From: a virus
IMG/VR virus record: IMGVR_UViG_3300030419_007436
Span: 96,001-160,000 of that record
Length of the DNA stretch: 64,000 nucleotides
Direction: 5' to 3' (one strand)
In this document: positions 40,800 through 50,436 of the stretch, piece after piece
Numbering within the stretch: the stretch's first letter is position 1
Layout: each line of letters opens with the position of its first letter
Program-made: the position numbers and the translations under genes
The notes under the pieces: model-generated
The model's input: the letters and a program-made list of their open reading frames with translations, nothing else
Database searches by the model: none
What the model was told of the DNA's origin: nothing

Positions 40800-41636
40800 T
40801 TATTTTTTGCGTCGTTTGGCAGCGGCAGCTTTTGTGCATTTGAGCCATGCGCGGAATTTCTTTCGGCGTTCATCATCGACCGGTCGTTGAGGCCAACCCT
40901 TACCAAGCGGTGGGCGTGGACCACAGCCCCCTTCGGCGTTAGTGCCGGGGGTACCCTCGTCATCAAGATCTATGGGCTTAAACTCCAACTCCTCGTATTC
41001 CGGTTTGCGGTCGAGATACAACAAGTCTTCGTCTTCTTCTTCAGGTTCGGGGTCAAAATAATCACTCACGTCAGACCAGAGTTTCCACGGGCGCATGGAG
41101 ATGGGTCCATACAGGCGGCCAATCTGGGTCGACTTCGGCCTATGACAGCCGTTGTTGCTCAGCCAAGTGACAAACTCCCCCATAGTCATGTAATCATTCA
41201 TTTTTTTTGAAGGGTCTATTACCCACCAAACGGACTGGGGGCCCTTGGACGCCTCCGCCGTGTTTTTCTTAGAATATTCTGGCCAAATCGGAACCGGAAT
41301 GGCGCGTTTCCCGTCGTCTGTCATATAATTCGAGCTAGAAAAAGTAGAAGGCATTCTCGGAATTCTGCATCTCCCAAGTTGTTCGAGGAGTGCTTTCTTG
41401 ATTTCTTTCTTGATTTCTTCTTTGTGCATTCCGGGCTTTTTTGCCACTTCTTTGACACACTTCTCAAAACGTTTTTTCTCAGCGTCGGACCATTCACTTC
41501 TTTTTGAAGTGCCAGCAGTCTTTGCTATTGAAGAAGTGCAAACAGCATAGGCGTTTCCATCCTTCCCTTCGTCTAAAAGTGTTTTCTTTATTTCTTCGCG
41601 GATAAGTTCTTGCAGGAATGATTTAGTTAATTTCAT
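40800..41636 (-). CDS. Probable head-internal protein (MKLTKSFLQELIREEIKK...LLDE)
   Basis: N-terminal pattern with LxE sites; late motif upstream. Confidence 0.6.
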   Translation of the reverse strand: MKLTKSFLQELIREEIKKTLLDEGKDGNAYAVCTSSIAKTAGTSKRSEWSDAEKKRFEKCVKEVAKKPGMHKEEIKKEIKKALLEQLGRCRIPRMPSTFSSSNYMTDDGKRAIPVPIWPEYSKKNTAEASKGPQSVWWVIDPSKKMNDYMTMGEFVTWLSNNGCHRPKSTQIGRLYGPISMRPWKLWSDVSDYFDPEPEEEDEDLLYLDRKPEYEELEFKPIDLDDEGTPGTNAEGGCGPRPPLGKGWPQRPVDDERRKKFRAWLKCTKAAAAKRRKK

Positions 41637-41658
41637 GAAAGGTTTCTCCTAACATAAC

Positions 41659-41666
41659 TAAATAGT
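41659..41666 (-). promoter_or_regulatory. Putative late promoter motif
   Basis: ACTATTTA. Confidence 0.6.
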
Positions 41667-41673
41667 TTATAAG

Positions 41674-42780
41674 TTAAGATTGTTCCTCATAAAAGTCTTC
41701 TGAGTTTCCAGTGCGATCATCAAATTTCATTATAATTTCTTCGTCCATAATTGTAAGCACTCGATTTCTGAATTTTTCGCCTTGCAATTTTTCAATCCAT
41801 TTTGCAGCTTGAAATTTTTCGCAGGTACCGTCCTCATAACATAATTCATACCAAGCCCCAGCTTGTTTAAGTGAGTCTGCGCTCTTGATTGCTTCCAGCC
41901 AACTTTCTTCATCTTGTACTCCAATCTCATCACCCCACAGGATTTTAAAAGCACATTGTCGACCTTGTGTCCCAAAGCGAGATTTTTCTAGTTTTACCTT
42001 TACTTCAGAGCCAATTCTAAATCCCTTATCATCCAAAACAAAAGAAGCCTTTGCTTTGCGTCCTGTAAGCCACACACGCAACGAATAGGCGTAAATCATA
42101 GCTTTACCCCCTGGAGTCATATAAGGCGTTGTAAGGGCCTCTGAAGGGCTCCTAGTGATATTAGTTTTAAGCTGATTCAAAACCAAAAACGTTGACTGTG
42201 TGTTAGCAATCGGAACAGTCAATTTTGACATTCCCTTTGCAAGGATGCGCGCCTTTACTGCCATTGATGAGAGAGGATTAAAGTCGCCTTCCACATCTGA
42301 AACAGACGGTGTAAGAGCAAGCGAGTCCCAAATAAAAAGCATTCTGTTTTCATTGGATCCCAGTAGTTCCTCTATTGTTTCTAATACAAATTCCACAGAA
42401 CTAGCTTGCACATATAACAAGTTGTCAACAACACAGCCAGCCTTTTTAAGAAAGGATGGGTCAATTGCCGATTCTGAATCAAAATAAACCACGTCAATGC
42501 CCATCTTTTGCGCATTGGCGGCCACCTGTGCTGCCATGTAAGACTTGCCAGTGGATTCTAAACCGGCGATCTCTGTTATTTTTCCCACGGGAATGCCAGC
42601 AAGCTGGCCGCGGCAGATAATGCTGTCAAGCCAGCGGGAACCCGTAGGAATCCAATCTTTAACTTGAGTAGGGTTGTCTTTTGTTAAATCGTGAGCAACG
42701 CTCATGCCAGCCTTTTTATTAATGAGCTTTCGCATATCTTCGATAGAAAGCTTTCCTGTTTTTGTTTTAGTTTTTGCCAT
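41674..42780 (-). CDS. recA: RecA/UvsX-like recombinase
   Basis: IPTGS, GLESTGKS, FDSE, WDSLA, LNQLK, TPGGKA, KSRFG. Confidence 0.93.
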   Translation of the reverse strand: MAKTKTKTGKLSIEDMRKLINKKAGMSVAHDLTKDNPTQVKDWIPTGSRWLDSIICRGQLAGIPVGKITEIAGLESTGKSYMAAQVAANAQKMGIDVVYFDSESAIDPSFLKKAGCVVDNLLYVQASSVEFVLETIEELLGSNENRMLFIWDSLALTPSVSDVEGDFNPLSSMAVKARILAKGMSKLTVPIANTQSTFLVLNQLKTNITRSPSEALTTPYMTPGGKAMIYAYSLRVWLTGRKAKASFVLDDKGFRIGSEVKVKLEKSRFGTQGRQCAFKILWGDEIGVQDEESWLEAIKSADSLKQAGAWYELCYEDGTCEKFQAAKWIEKLQGEKFRNRVLTIMDEEIIMKFDDRTGNSEDFYEEQS

Positions 42781-42865
42781 AATATTCCTTTAAAAAGTAC
42801 ACTCTATTATTATACCGAAAATGGTATACCATACACGACACTCCATGCTTTTTCCTTTCTCTATT

Positions 42866-42891
42866 AAAAATGGGGGGCCCGAAGGCCCCCC
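42866..42891 (-). terminator. Intrinsic terminator with cUUCGg tetraloop after SSB
   Basis: GGGGGGCC-TTCG-GGCCCCCC then ATTTTT. Confidence 0.9.
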
Positions 42892-42897
42892 GTGCCT

Positions 42898-43659
42898 CTA
42901 ACCACCGAGGAGGTCAGCAAAAGCTTGATCAACAGAAGAGGGGGCACTAGAGGCCGCCTCGTTGTTATATTTGGTGGTTTCAGCGGAATTGTCTTCAGGG
43001 TCGGAATCGCCCAAAAGAAATTCATCTAGCATACCTTGAACCTCTACGGTTGTTTTACGGCTACTAGCAAAGACCTCATCAAAATCTGGAATTGTATCCA
43101 AAAGTTCACGACATCTTTCTGGCTCGGGACAAAGAGGGGAACTTCGCCGCCGAGGGGTAAGTTGAGTGACTGGGAAAGAAGCCCCTGCGGGCTTTCCGTA
43201 GGCAAGAGTTAAGTCGGTTCCTGTTTCTGGGTCGGTAATGTCTCCATATTCAGGATTTAAAACAAGATTAAGAAGTGTCTCATAAACCTGCTTACCAAAG
43301 CCCCAGACGCGCACACCTTTGTCTTCTTCGCCGCGGACAACCACGGGTGCAAAGAATCGTTGGCGAGCGGAAAGCTTTTTTGCCATACGCTTGCTATCTT
43401 CTGTGCCTTCTTGCCAAAGTTGGCGTACAAAAGAATCTAGTGGACAATCCTCTCCAAAATTTCTTTTAGGACTCAAAAATCCCGGATTGTCTCCAACATT
43501 ATAGTGGAACCAATAATCCTTAAATGGATCACCGTCCGACGTGGGAACAATACGAATAGTCTGTTCGCCATCTTGAGGGCGCCAAAAACGATTGTTGCCG
43601 TTGCCCTTATTTTCTAGAGCGGTTTTGCGCTCTCGCATTTTCTTTAAATCAATACCCAT
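42898..43659 (-). CDS. Single-stranded DNA-binding protein, gp32-like
   Basis: FWRP...IRIVP, FHY, CP, GTDL; acidic C-terminal tail. Confidence 0.8.
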   Translation of the reverse strand: MGIDLKKMRERKTALENKGNGNNRFWRPQDGEQTIRIVPTSDGDPFKDYWFHYNVGDNPGFLSPKRNFGEDCPLDSFVRQLWQEGTEDSKRMAKKLSARQRFFAPVVVRGEEDKGVRVWGFGKQVYETLLNLVLNPEYGDITDPETGTDLTLAYGKPAGASFPVTQLTPRRRSSPLCPEPERCRELLDTIPDFDEVFASSRKTTVEVQGMLDEFLLGDSDPEDNSAETTKYNNEAASSAPSSVDQAFADLLGG

Positions 43660-43711
43660 TATTTTCTCCTTTTAAAGTCAACGTGATAACTCTCTCACGC
43701 TGCTAGTTAGT

Positions 43712-43740
43712 ATTTTATTATAAGTCAATTTCTTTGTCAA
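43712..43740 (-). promoter_or_regulatory. Sigma70-type promoter of SSB
   Basis: TTGACA-17-TAAAAT. Confidence 0.65.
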
Positions 43741-44584
43741 GTCTAAAATTATTATTTTGTACCAGAGAACTACTCGACGTACCATAGACGTAAGGAATGT
43801 CATAGTTGGTCGAATATACTCCATAACTGATTTTCATCTTATCATACGGTCTCAAATTTTTAAGTTGATCTGTAATCTTTTTCAAAAGAGTTCCATCAGT
43901 TTGTAGCATTTTTTCAGGCACTCCATAATAATACCTTTTTTCACGAGGCATGTCAAGATTAAAAAACATTTTTTCTTCACTTGTTTCGTAATTTAATATG
44001 CTAAATGTTGATATTCGTGCGACGTCGATTGGTTCACTAAAGGTCTGCATCTCTGCGTCGGAGTTGCTGAAAACGCTTATCATGTGAAAAGTTGATGCCA
44101 CCAATTCATTTATTTTATCATAATATTCTCTAAGAGGCACGTCTCCTATTATCTTTTCCATTTGTACGTTGTCTACTAAATAAGCCCTTTTAAATAAGTC
44201 AGATCGCGCATATTCTTGTAAAATATGGAAAATAACATTGTCATTCAACAATTTTTTCTGAGATAACAATGATCGATCTGGGCGTATGTATAAAACCTCT
44301 ATACTGCACTTATTCTTTATCTGTTCCAATATACGCAATGAAGCTGCTGATATGTGTCCGCAACTAGTGATAAACAACACATCTCCCTTTACGTGTTTTA
44401 AGAAATTTTTTAAATTTGGACATTTCTTTTCGTATTCTTCTGGATTTTTAAATTTAGGGAAGGGGTAACAGCGAGTAGCTTTTTTAATTTCTGAATCTAT
44501 CTTGTAAATCTTGTATTGCGAATAAGTTGAAAACTTATCTGCAATGCTGCACCCAGCAGATCCTAAACCAATAATTGTTTTCAA
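43718..44584 (-). CDS. Divergent tubulin/FtsZ (PhuZ/TubZ)-like protein
   Basis: IIGLGSAGCSIA, KIDS, LVDN; GGGTGS loop degenerate. Confidence 0.6.
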   Translation of the reverse strand: MKTIIGLGSAGCSIADKFSTYSQYKIYKIDSEIKKATRCYPFPKFKNPEEYEKKCPNLKNFLKHVKGDVLFITSCGHISAASLRILEQIKNKCSIEVLYIRPDRSLLSQKKLLNDNVIFHILQEYARSDLFKRAYLVDNVQMEKIIGDVPLREYYDKINELVASTFHMISVFSNSDAEMQTFSEPIDVARISTFSILNYETSEEKMFFNLDMPREKRYYYGVPEKMLQTDGTLLKKITDQLKNLRPYDKMKISYGVYSTNYDIPYVYGTSSSSLVQNNNFRLDKEIDL

Positions 44585-45765
44585 TTTACATTTATCCTTT
44601 TCATTTCCCCAAAATTCCTGCCACCGTGTGAATTAACTTTAAAGGTTCCCAGTTCTGTGTTTGCAAATATGCCTTTAATTTCATTAATGAAGTGCTCATC
44701 TTCCTCGTGTAAATCAATAACTAAAGAGTCATGTAAACAAAAAGCTATTTTAGACTTTTTATCCCTTAAAAAATCTCCCACTTTTATCATTTGTCTCAAA
44801 AATAAATCGGCGGCCGTTGATTGAACAATATAATTTAAAGCATGATGTTTATCTGCTTCTATTATTCTCCCAAAGTGTGTTTTAACATGTGTACCATCCC
44901 AATATCTTTTTAATACGTCTGTGCGGTTATAAACATTACTGGTTGCAACATCTTTTGACGACGGGTTATAAAGCCATGCAAATATTCTCTTTTTGGCAGA
45001 TTCGCGGCTGCCGGTGTTTCCATAAATATTTTTTAAATTCCAATCATGAATATCCTCTTTCGGCTGTTCTCTTTCGGAAAGACTTAAAAGCACACGAAGT
45101 TCTGCTGCGTTATAATCAAGCTCCAAGAACCACTTATTATTAGGTTTTATAATTTTTCTGTAACTTTTATCCATCGTCAAAATAGGAAACTCTCTAGCTG
45201 CAAGCCTTCCTGTTTTTGTCCCGCGCATGTCATATATTATATATGGAGAAGTTCTTTTCATTTTTCTGATAAACTGTCTTACTTTAAACTCATGGCGCCG
45301 TTTTTTTAAAGGTGTCATATCTATATTCAATTTTGTATTCTTTATTTCTGTAAGGACTCTTGCAACGCCAACCACATAATCATAATTCGCAGGTTTACTA
45401 CAGGTTTGAAATACATAATTGCATATTTTATTTTTAATCTCTCCATATTTTATCAAAACGTGAGGGGGCATTAAATCAAAAAAACAATGGTCATTTAAAT
45501 TTAACTTTGCTTCATTTGTTGCTCGATGGAAGGCCTTTAATTTCTGATTTACGGCCTCCCACTCTTTTCTTAGGTAGGGTGGACACACCTCATCTAAAGT
45601 TTTACCTTCACAATAATACTTGGCATATTCAACTTTTTTATCGCAAAGAGACTCAGAATAAGCCCAAGTCTTTGTAAGGTTGTTGGGAAGTTTCTTTAGG
45701 TATAATTTATTTTTTGCATATACCGCAATACAATCTTTTTTATCATCAAATGTTTGAAAAATCAT
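44581..45765 (-). CDS. Short family-A DNA polymerase domain protein (394 aa)
   Basis: TKTGRL, motif A LDYNAAELR, motif B R..AKKRIFAWLY, NYIVQSTAAD, motif C LHDS. Confidence 0.85.
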   Translation of the reverse strand: MIFQTFDDKKDCIAVYAKNKLYLKKLPNNLTKTWAYSESLCDKKVEYAKYYCEGKTLDEVCPPYLRKEWEAVNQKLKAFHRATNEAKLNLNDHCFFDLMPPHVLIKYGEIKNKICNYVFQTCSKPANYDYVVGVARVLTEIKNTKLNIDMTPLKKRRHEFKVRQFIRKMKRTSPYIIYDMRGTKTGRLAAREFPILTMDKSYRKIIKPNNKWFLELDYNAAELRVLLSLSEREQPKEDIHDWNLKNIYGNTGSRESAKKRIFAWLYNPSSKDVATSNVYNRTDVLKRYWDGTHVKTHFGRIIEADKHHALNYIVQSTAADLFLRQMIKVGDFLRDKKSKIAFCLHDSLVIDLHEEDEHFINEIKGIFANTELGTFKVNSHGGRNFGEMKRINVN

Positions 45766-45782
45766 TCGGGCTCACTAAACTT

Positions 45783-47156
45783 CTATTCCTCTCCGACAAA
45801 GCCTTCTTTTTGCCATGCCATAGCTTTCTGCCAATTAGTCGACTTAATCATATTATCAGATCCCATATAAGAATACAAGCCAGAATTTGTACTTTTTCCA
45901 AAATATTTTATTTTTTGAGGAGAGCCTGGGTTCTTAGTTCCGGTGTATACACGCGATTGTTTAGTTAAATCCTCAATGATATCAACAGCTTTATAAATGC
46001 CATAAGTATCGTTGGCTGCTAATATTTTTTTTGTCCATAAATTAATTTTTCTGTTGCTATAGCCTAATTTGCTCTCAGCTACACGTATCTTAAAATAATG
46101 AGGAAGGAAAAAAGAATTTGGAAAATTCATCTGAAACTGTTTATCATAATCTGTGGAAATAATATCTCTGCTGCTCTCCTTATAGATTGTTTTATATACG
46201 TTGTTTCCTACATCATTCCAAAGCGCTTTTATACAATTTCTAACTTTATATTCTGTGCCCCAATTGGAGGTGTCGGGATCTAACAATAGCATTTGATAGC
46301 CGTTCCACATCCTAGTTTTAAAATCTTCATAAGAGTAATACTCGGCCTTATAAAAATAATCCTCGAAGACTGAATTATTTTTTATAGAAGTTCCAAAAGC
46401 TGTCATATATTTTTCCATGGTCTTATGTCCTAAATTTGCAGCGATGCGCCATGGAACATTTTTATCAATGAAAAATCCATAACCCGAAACGATTTGTATA
46501 TAATGCTCAAAGGACGTTTTAGAAATAAAATTTTCATATTTAAGCGCATCTTTGTCACACGGCCCTTCCTGTAAATCGATTATTAAGCCGCTGATCGAGT
46601 TTGGACAGTCGGTGGACATGATATATCCAGTTTTTGTAATCGCAAACTGGTCTGACATCAACTTAGAAAATTTTACGAATTCTTCTACAAAATCATCGAA
46701 TTTTTTAATTTTTCTATTAACGCGTGGGGAGCGAAGAACATAATCATTCGCGAATGTATTATAAATATTTCCTACAAAATGATCTTGATAAAGCTTATGA
46801 AAATTTCTTCTAGCAGCTTTGGGAGAAAAATCCGACATTAAGTCCCTAAAATAAGGATCCTTAGAAACAATAATAGTGTGTATATATTTTTGAAGATCTG
46901 TGAAGGCCGCGGCGACAAAATCATGAACCAGAAGCAAGCCGTTGCCAGGGATCTGCACCATATCAGCTTCGGAAGGATATACCGCGTTTCCATGTATATC
47001 CACTTTTCCGTAATACGGCTTTTCATATATCATATCTAAAGGAACTGCATCAATTGGATAAATAAATGAAGCATTTTTATACCTTAAGCGATGTTCAAAT
47101 AAATCAGGATTTCTTAATTCATTTGAACCTTCAGGTGGGGGATTAATAAAGCCCAT
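45783..47156 (-). CDS. Hypothetical virion/baseplate-region protein
   Basis: Long ORF at the end of the tail block; late motif upstream. Confidence 0.7.
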   Translation of the reverse strand: MGFINPPPEGSNELRNPDLFEHRLRYKNASFIYPIDAVPLDMIYEKPYYGKVDIHGNAVYPSEADMVQIPGNGLLLVHDFVAAAFTDLQKYIHTIIVSKDPYFRDLMSDFSPKAARRNFHKLYQDHFVGNIYNTFANDYVLRSPRVNRKIKKFDDFVEEFVKFSKLMSDQFAITKTGYIMSTDCPNSISGLIIDLQEGPCDKDALKYENFISKTSFEHYIQIVSGYGFFIDKNVPWRIAANLGHKTMEKYMTAFGTSIKNNSVFEDYFYKAEYYSYEDFKTRMWNGYQMLLLDPDTSNWGTEYKVRNCIKALWNDVGNNVYKTIYKESSRDIISTDYDKQFQMNFPNSFFLPHYFKIRVAESKLGYSNRKINLWTKKILAANDTYGIYKAVDIIEDLTKQSRVYTGTKNPGSPQKIKYFGKSTNSGLYSYMGSDNMIKSTNWQKAMAWQKEGFVGEE

Positions 47157-47180
47157 AACTTTAAAGCTGCCTCCTTAATA

Positions 47181-47188
47181 TAATTAGT
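47181..47188 (-). promoter_or_regulatory. Putative late promoter motif
   Basis: ACTAATTA. Confidence 0.55.
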
Positions 47189-47201
47189 GTTCCTAATAGT
47201 T

Positions 47202-50075
47202 TTAACCTATCATGTTTTCAGGAGGAATCCCGGGCGCGCCACCCAATTTAGCAGCTTTAACGGCTTGCTCTGCGCTATCGACTTCTGCTACTGCCGACAC
47301 CTTGTAAGCAATTGCCTTTCGATCCTCGGCACTCATTGTACGCAAGGGTCTGATGGGATCTGCTGGTATATTTTTTAATTCTTCAATTGCTATATCGGAG
47401 ACATTCAAAACAGCGTCAATTGTAGTTTCCCAGCCGCTGGGGCCGATAGTGCTCTCAACTGATGTTATAAAATAATAACCGCCATTTAAAATCTTTTCTG
47501 TTCTAAAATGGCCACCACTAATTAAATCAGTATTTACGTATATCATTTGCCCAATATAGAAAAAAGGATTTCCCACCAAACTAAGCGTGACGCTGTATTT
47601 TGAAGGTTTGATTATCCCTTCTGCAGAAACGTCCCCTCCAGCTTGTGAATTTCTCCAAAGTGCTGTTGAAAACAAACTGTTATTTGCCTCTTGGAATTGT
47701 ATGTTTTTTAACATGCCTCGGTTGGGACCTCCAACAAAAAAGTGAAATATACCTTGTTTTTGGTCCGCGTCTCTTCTTCCTAGGTGAACAGATTTTACAG
47801 TGGGATCGAGAGGGTTAGATTTTTGAGCATGAAATAAAAATGTACTTGCTATCTGATTTGCTGGCTGTCTTTGTAATACATTAAAATCCTGCTTTATTTT
47901 ATTTAAATCTATAACTGCATTTGTATGTACTGGTTCAGGAGTTGCAGATTTCATTTTAGACTCTATATATTTTTTTGGAAGATCCAATGCTGTGATATCA
48001 AGCTTAAAATTTACAGGGGCGCGCGGATTAACCTTTGCGTTGGTGGCGGCCCGGCCAAAGGTAGCAGTTGCTTTGTCCATAATAAATTTTGTTAAATCAA
48101 ACATAAATTCTATCAATGGGTAGGTGGGGCGACCGGAGCCGACAATCTTCTGTGATACAAACCTATTAAATAAATCCAGGGAAATTGGCACGTTATATAA
48201 ACTTTGTCTTATGGGGTTCATGGCGCCCGGGGGCTTAAGCTCATATTCTCCCATAATTATCCTAAAGTTAGGGGATAATTCTTCGATACTGTCTCCAAAG
48301 CCACCTTGTTCGAATATAGCAGTTAAAAGATCTCCCAGCAAGAAAAACATAACTTTTTCTCCGCCTTCGTAGGCTTGATTTTCATCGTTAAACAAGAACG
48401 ATTCCATCTCACTCTTTGTAGTTTGTGCCTGGGAAGTGGGGGATTTGGATTCCTCTATCTTTTTAGCGGCCTGTTTGCCAACCTCTTTAACTTTTTTTGC
48501 CGCCTTTTTGGTTTTTGAATTTGAATCGCGGAGAAAATTGCCAAGCGCTTCGAATGCCACATTTCCTTTTGTTGGGAACCAAGCCACTCTATCCGTATCT
48601 ACCAAGTGTTTGACGTATCCAAAAACATGTTTTGCCTTGACACTTTTTTCAATCGTTTTTATTTTATTTCGAATTTCTTTTATTTCCCCTTTTAGTCTTT
48701 CTTTTTCAGATGCGATTTTTTCTTGCTTTCCTTTGTTTTGTTCGCTCCATTTTGTTAGGGCGTCATTAGCCGCTTTTTGCACCTTCTCAAAATCCTTTAC
48801 ACTACCGCCTGCCTTTATAGCATTTTGCGCGGTGGCCATCTTACTTTTCAGTTGAGACCCTTTGGGTAATACTGAAGATGCAGCGGTGTAGCTAGCAGTT
48901 AATTTATTTCTAGCTTCATCAGGAAAAGTCTTTTTATCTCCCACGCTGTCTTGTTTCCCGTCAAGCTCCTGTTTCATTTCTTCTAAGAGGGCAAAATATT
49001 GTTGAATTTTAACCGAGTCTTTAAGAAATTTAGCGGCGCCATTGGTAAAAGATTTGTCGGCCGCCCCTAATTCATCCTGTAATCTACTTAAAATGTTTTT
49101 GTTTTTCGTTAAAGAAGAATTTGCCCCCACATTATACCTGTTTAAAAGATTAGCTGCTGTGCTACCAAAGCTAGATTCTAGGGCGCCCTTGTATTCAGCA
49201 GTTATAGTGACAGAACCATCTTCGTTAAAATCCATATTATGTGTAAACATGTCCCCAATAAAATTAATCTTGGAGTTTTTTACAGCCTCTATAAAGCTCG
49301 GATCAAGATTTTTGTTTTTTTCATTTGTAGACCACCCAACTCTCAGGCGTATTCTAAAAGCAGAAGCTGATGGAGAGAATTTTGTTTCTTTTTTCTTACC
49401 CTTTAGAGTAGGAGGATAGCGGATTAAATCAGAATAGCTCACTACGGCACCCGAACCTCCTTCTACGGCGCGCGCAATCGGTGCAAATAAAGTGCGTACA
49501 TCATTAAAATGATATTTAATTGTTACATGCATTATACTAGCCTGGACCGGATTCTTTGACCGGCCATCCATCTTCATTGTAACCTCTTGAATTCCAGCGT
49601 CTCGTCCCCTGAAAAGAGTGCCTGGATTTTTAAAAGAGTCCTCCCATTGTGCATACTCCGAGAAAGCTTGGAAGGGGAAGAGCACCTCTTTTTGGTCTTT
49701 GTTTTTTAATAAATAAATTTTATAAAGTTCAATCTGTGGCACGAGTTGGCCAAAGTCAATTGGTCTCCCATCAAAAAAAGACATAACAGAATCATTAACA
49801 GTGAGACGATTAACAACAGCATCGCTGTTGTCCGACATTCTTAACAACTTTATATATTTACTTGGATTTCTTTTTTCTACGAGAGGGGCGGCTAAAAGGT
49901 TGGAATAGCTCATCAGATAAAGCTGTTTCCACCACGTTTCTTTAATGGGCACATCTATAAAAAGTTTACTATTACCCTGCCCACTACCTTCCGAGGTCTT
50001 TTTGCCGTCGACACTGGTGCCTTTTTGGCCAGCTGATTGAGATCTCGCTTGTACTTCTTGTTCGCCGTTGCTCAT
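47202..50075 (-). CDS. Large baseplate hub-like protein (957 aa)
   Basis: Position after LysM/X gene; C-terminal SLVGNPFFYIGQMIYV...GGYYFITSVES hub-like pattern. Confidence 0.6.
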   Translation of the reverse strand: MSNGEQEVQARSQSAGQKGTSVDGKKTSEGSGQGNSKLFIDVPIKETWWKQLYLMSYSNLLAAPLVEKRNPSKYIKLLRMSDNSDAVVNRLTVNDSVMSFFDGRPIDFGQLVPQIELYKIYLLKNKDQKEVLFPFQAFSEYAQWEDSFKNPGTLFRGRDAGIQEVTMKMDGRSKNPVQASIMHVTIKYHFNDVRTLFAPIARAVEGGSGAVVSYSDLIRYPPTLKGKKKETKFSPSASAFRIRLRVGWSTNEKNKNLDPSFIEAVKNSKINFIGDMFTHNMDFNEDGSVTITAEYKGALESSFGSTAANLLNRYNVGANSSLTKNKNILSRLQDELGAADKSFTNGAAKFLKDSVKIQQYFALLEEMKQELDGKQDSVGDKKTFPDEARNKLTASYTAASSVLPKGSQLKSKMATAQNAIKAGGSVKDFEKVQKAANDALTKWSEQNKGKQEKIASEKERLKGEIKEIRNKIKTIEKSVKAKHVFGYVKHLVDTDRVAWFPTKGNVAFEALGNFLRDSNSKTKKAAKKVKEVGKQAAKKIEESKSPTSQAQTTKSEMESFLFNDENQAYEGGEKVMFFLLGDLLTAIFEQGGFGDSIEELSPNFRIIMGEYELKPPGAMNPIRQSLYNVPISLDLFNRFVSQKIVGSGRPTYPLIEFMFDLTKFIMDKATATFGRAATNAKVNPRAPVNFKLDITALDLPKKYIESKMKSATPEPVHTNAVIDLNKIKQDFNVLQRQPANQIASTFLFHAQKSNPLDPTVKSVHLGRRDADQKQGIFHFFVGGPNRGMLKNIQFQEANNSLFSTALWRNSQAGGDVSAEGIIKPSKYSVTLSLVGNPFFYIGQMIYVNTDLISGGHFRTEKILNGGYYFITSVESTIGPSGWETTIDAVLNVSDIAIEELKNIPADPIRPLRTMSAEDRKAIAYKVSAVAEVDSAEQAVKAAKLGGAPGIPPENMIG

Positions 50076-50089
50076 ATAAGTTTTACGCC

Positions 50090-50434
50090 CTACCTAAAAT
50101 AATCTAAAACAACCTCTAAAGGTCTAGGAATCATGATTAAATCACCCGCCTTAAAATCTGATTCTAATGGAACCTGATTGAACCATGGAATAATCCACCA
50201 CAGGGACGAATCCCCATAATATTTATGCGCTAATTTATAAAAGCGCACTCCGGGGCCCCAATATTCTTTGTCTATTTGCAGGCGCGCCAAAACATCATCT
50301 GGGGGGTATTCATAGTGAGCGGTTGTAAGCTGATCAATATACCCCACTTTGCGTGCACTAAATTGTTTTATATATTCTGCCTTCGCATTTCTAAAAATAG
50401 ATCTTCGGTGATTTCTCGAATAATTAAATGCCAT
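50090..50434 (-). CDS. LysM/tail protein X-like baseplate protein
   Basis: FYKLAHKYYGDSSLWWIIPWFNQ...GDLIMIP. Confidence 0.75.
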   Translation of the reverse strand: MAFNYSRNHRRSIFRNAKAEYIKQFSARKVGYIDQLTTAHYEYPPDDVLARLQIDKEYWGPGVRFYKLAHKYYGDSSLWWIIPWFNQVPLESDFKAGDLIMIPRPLEVVLDYFR

Positions 50435-50436
50435 TA

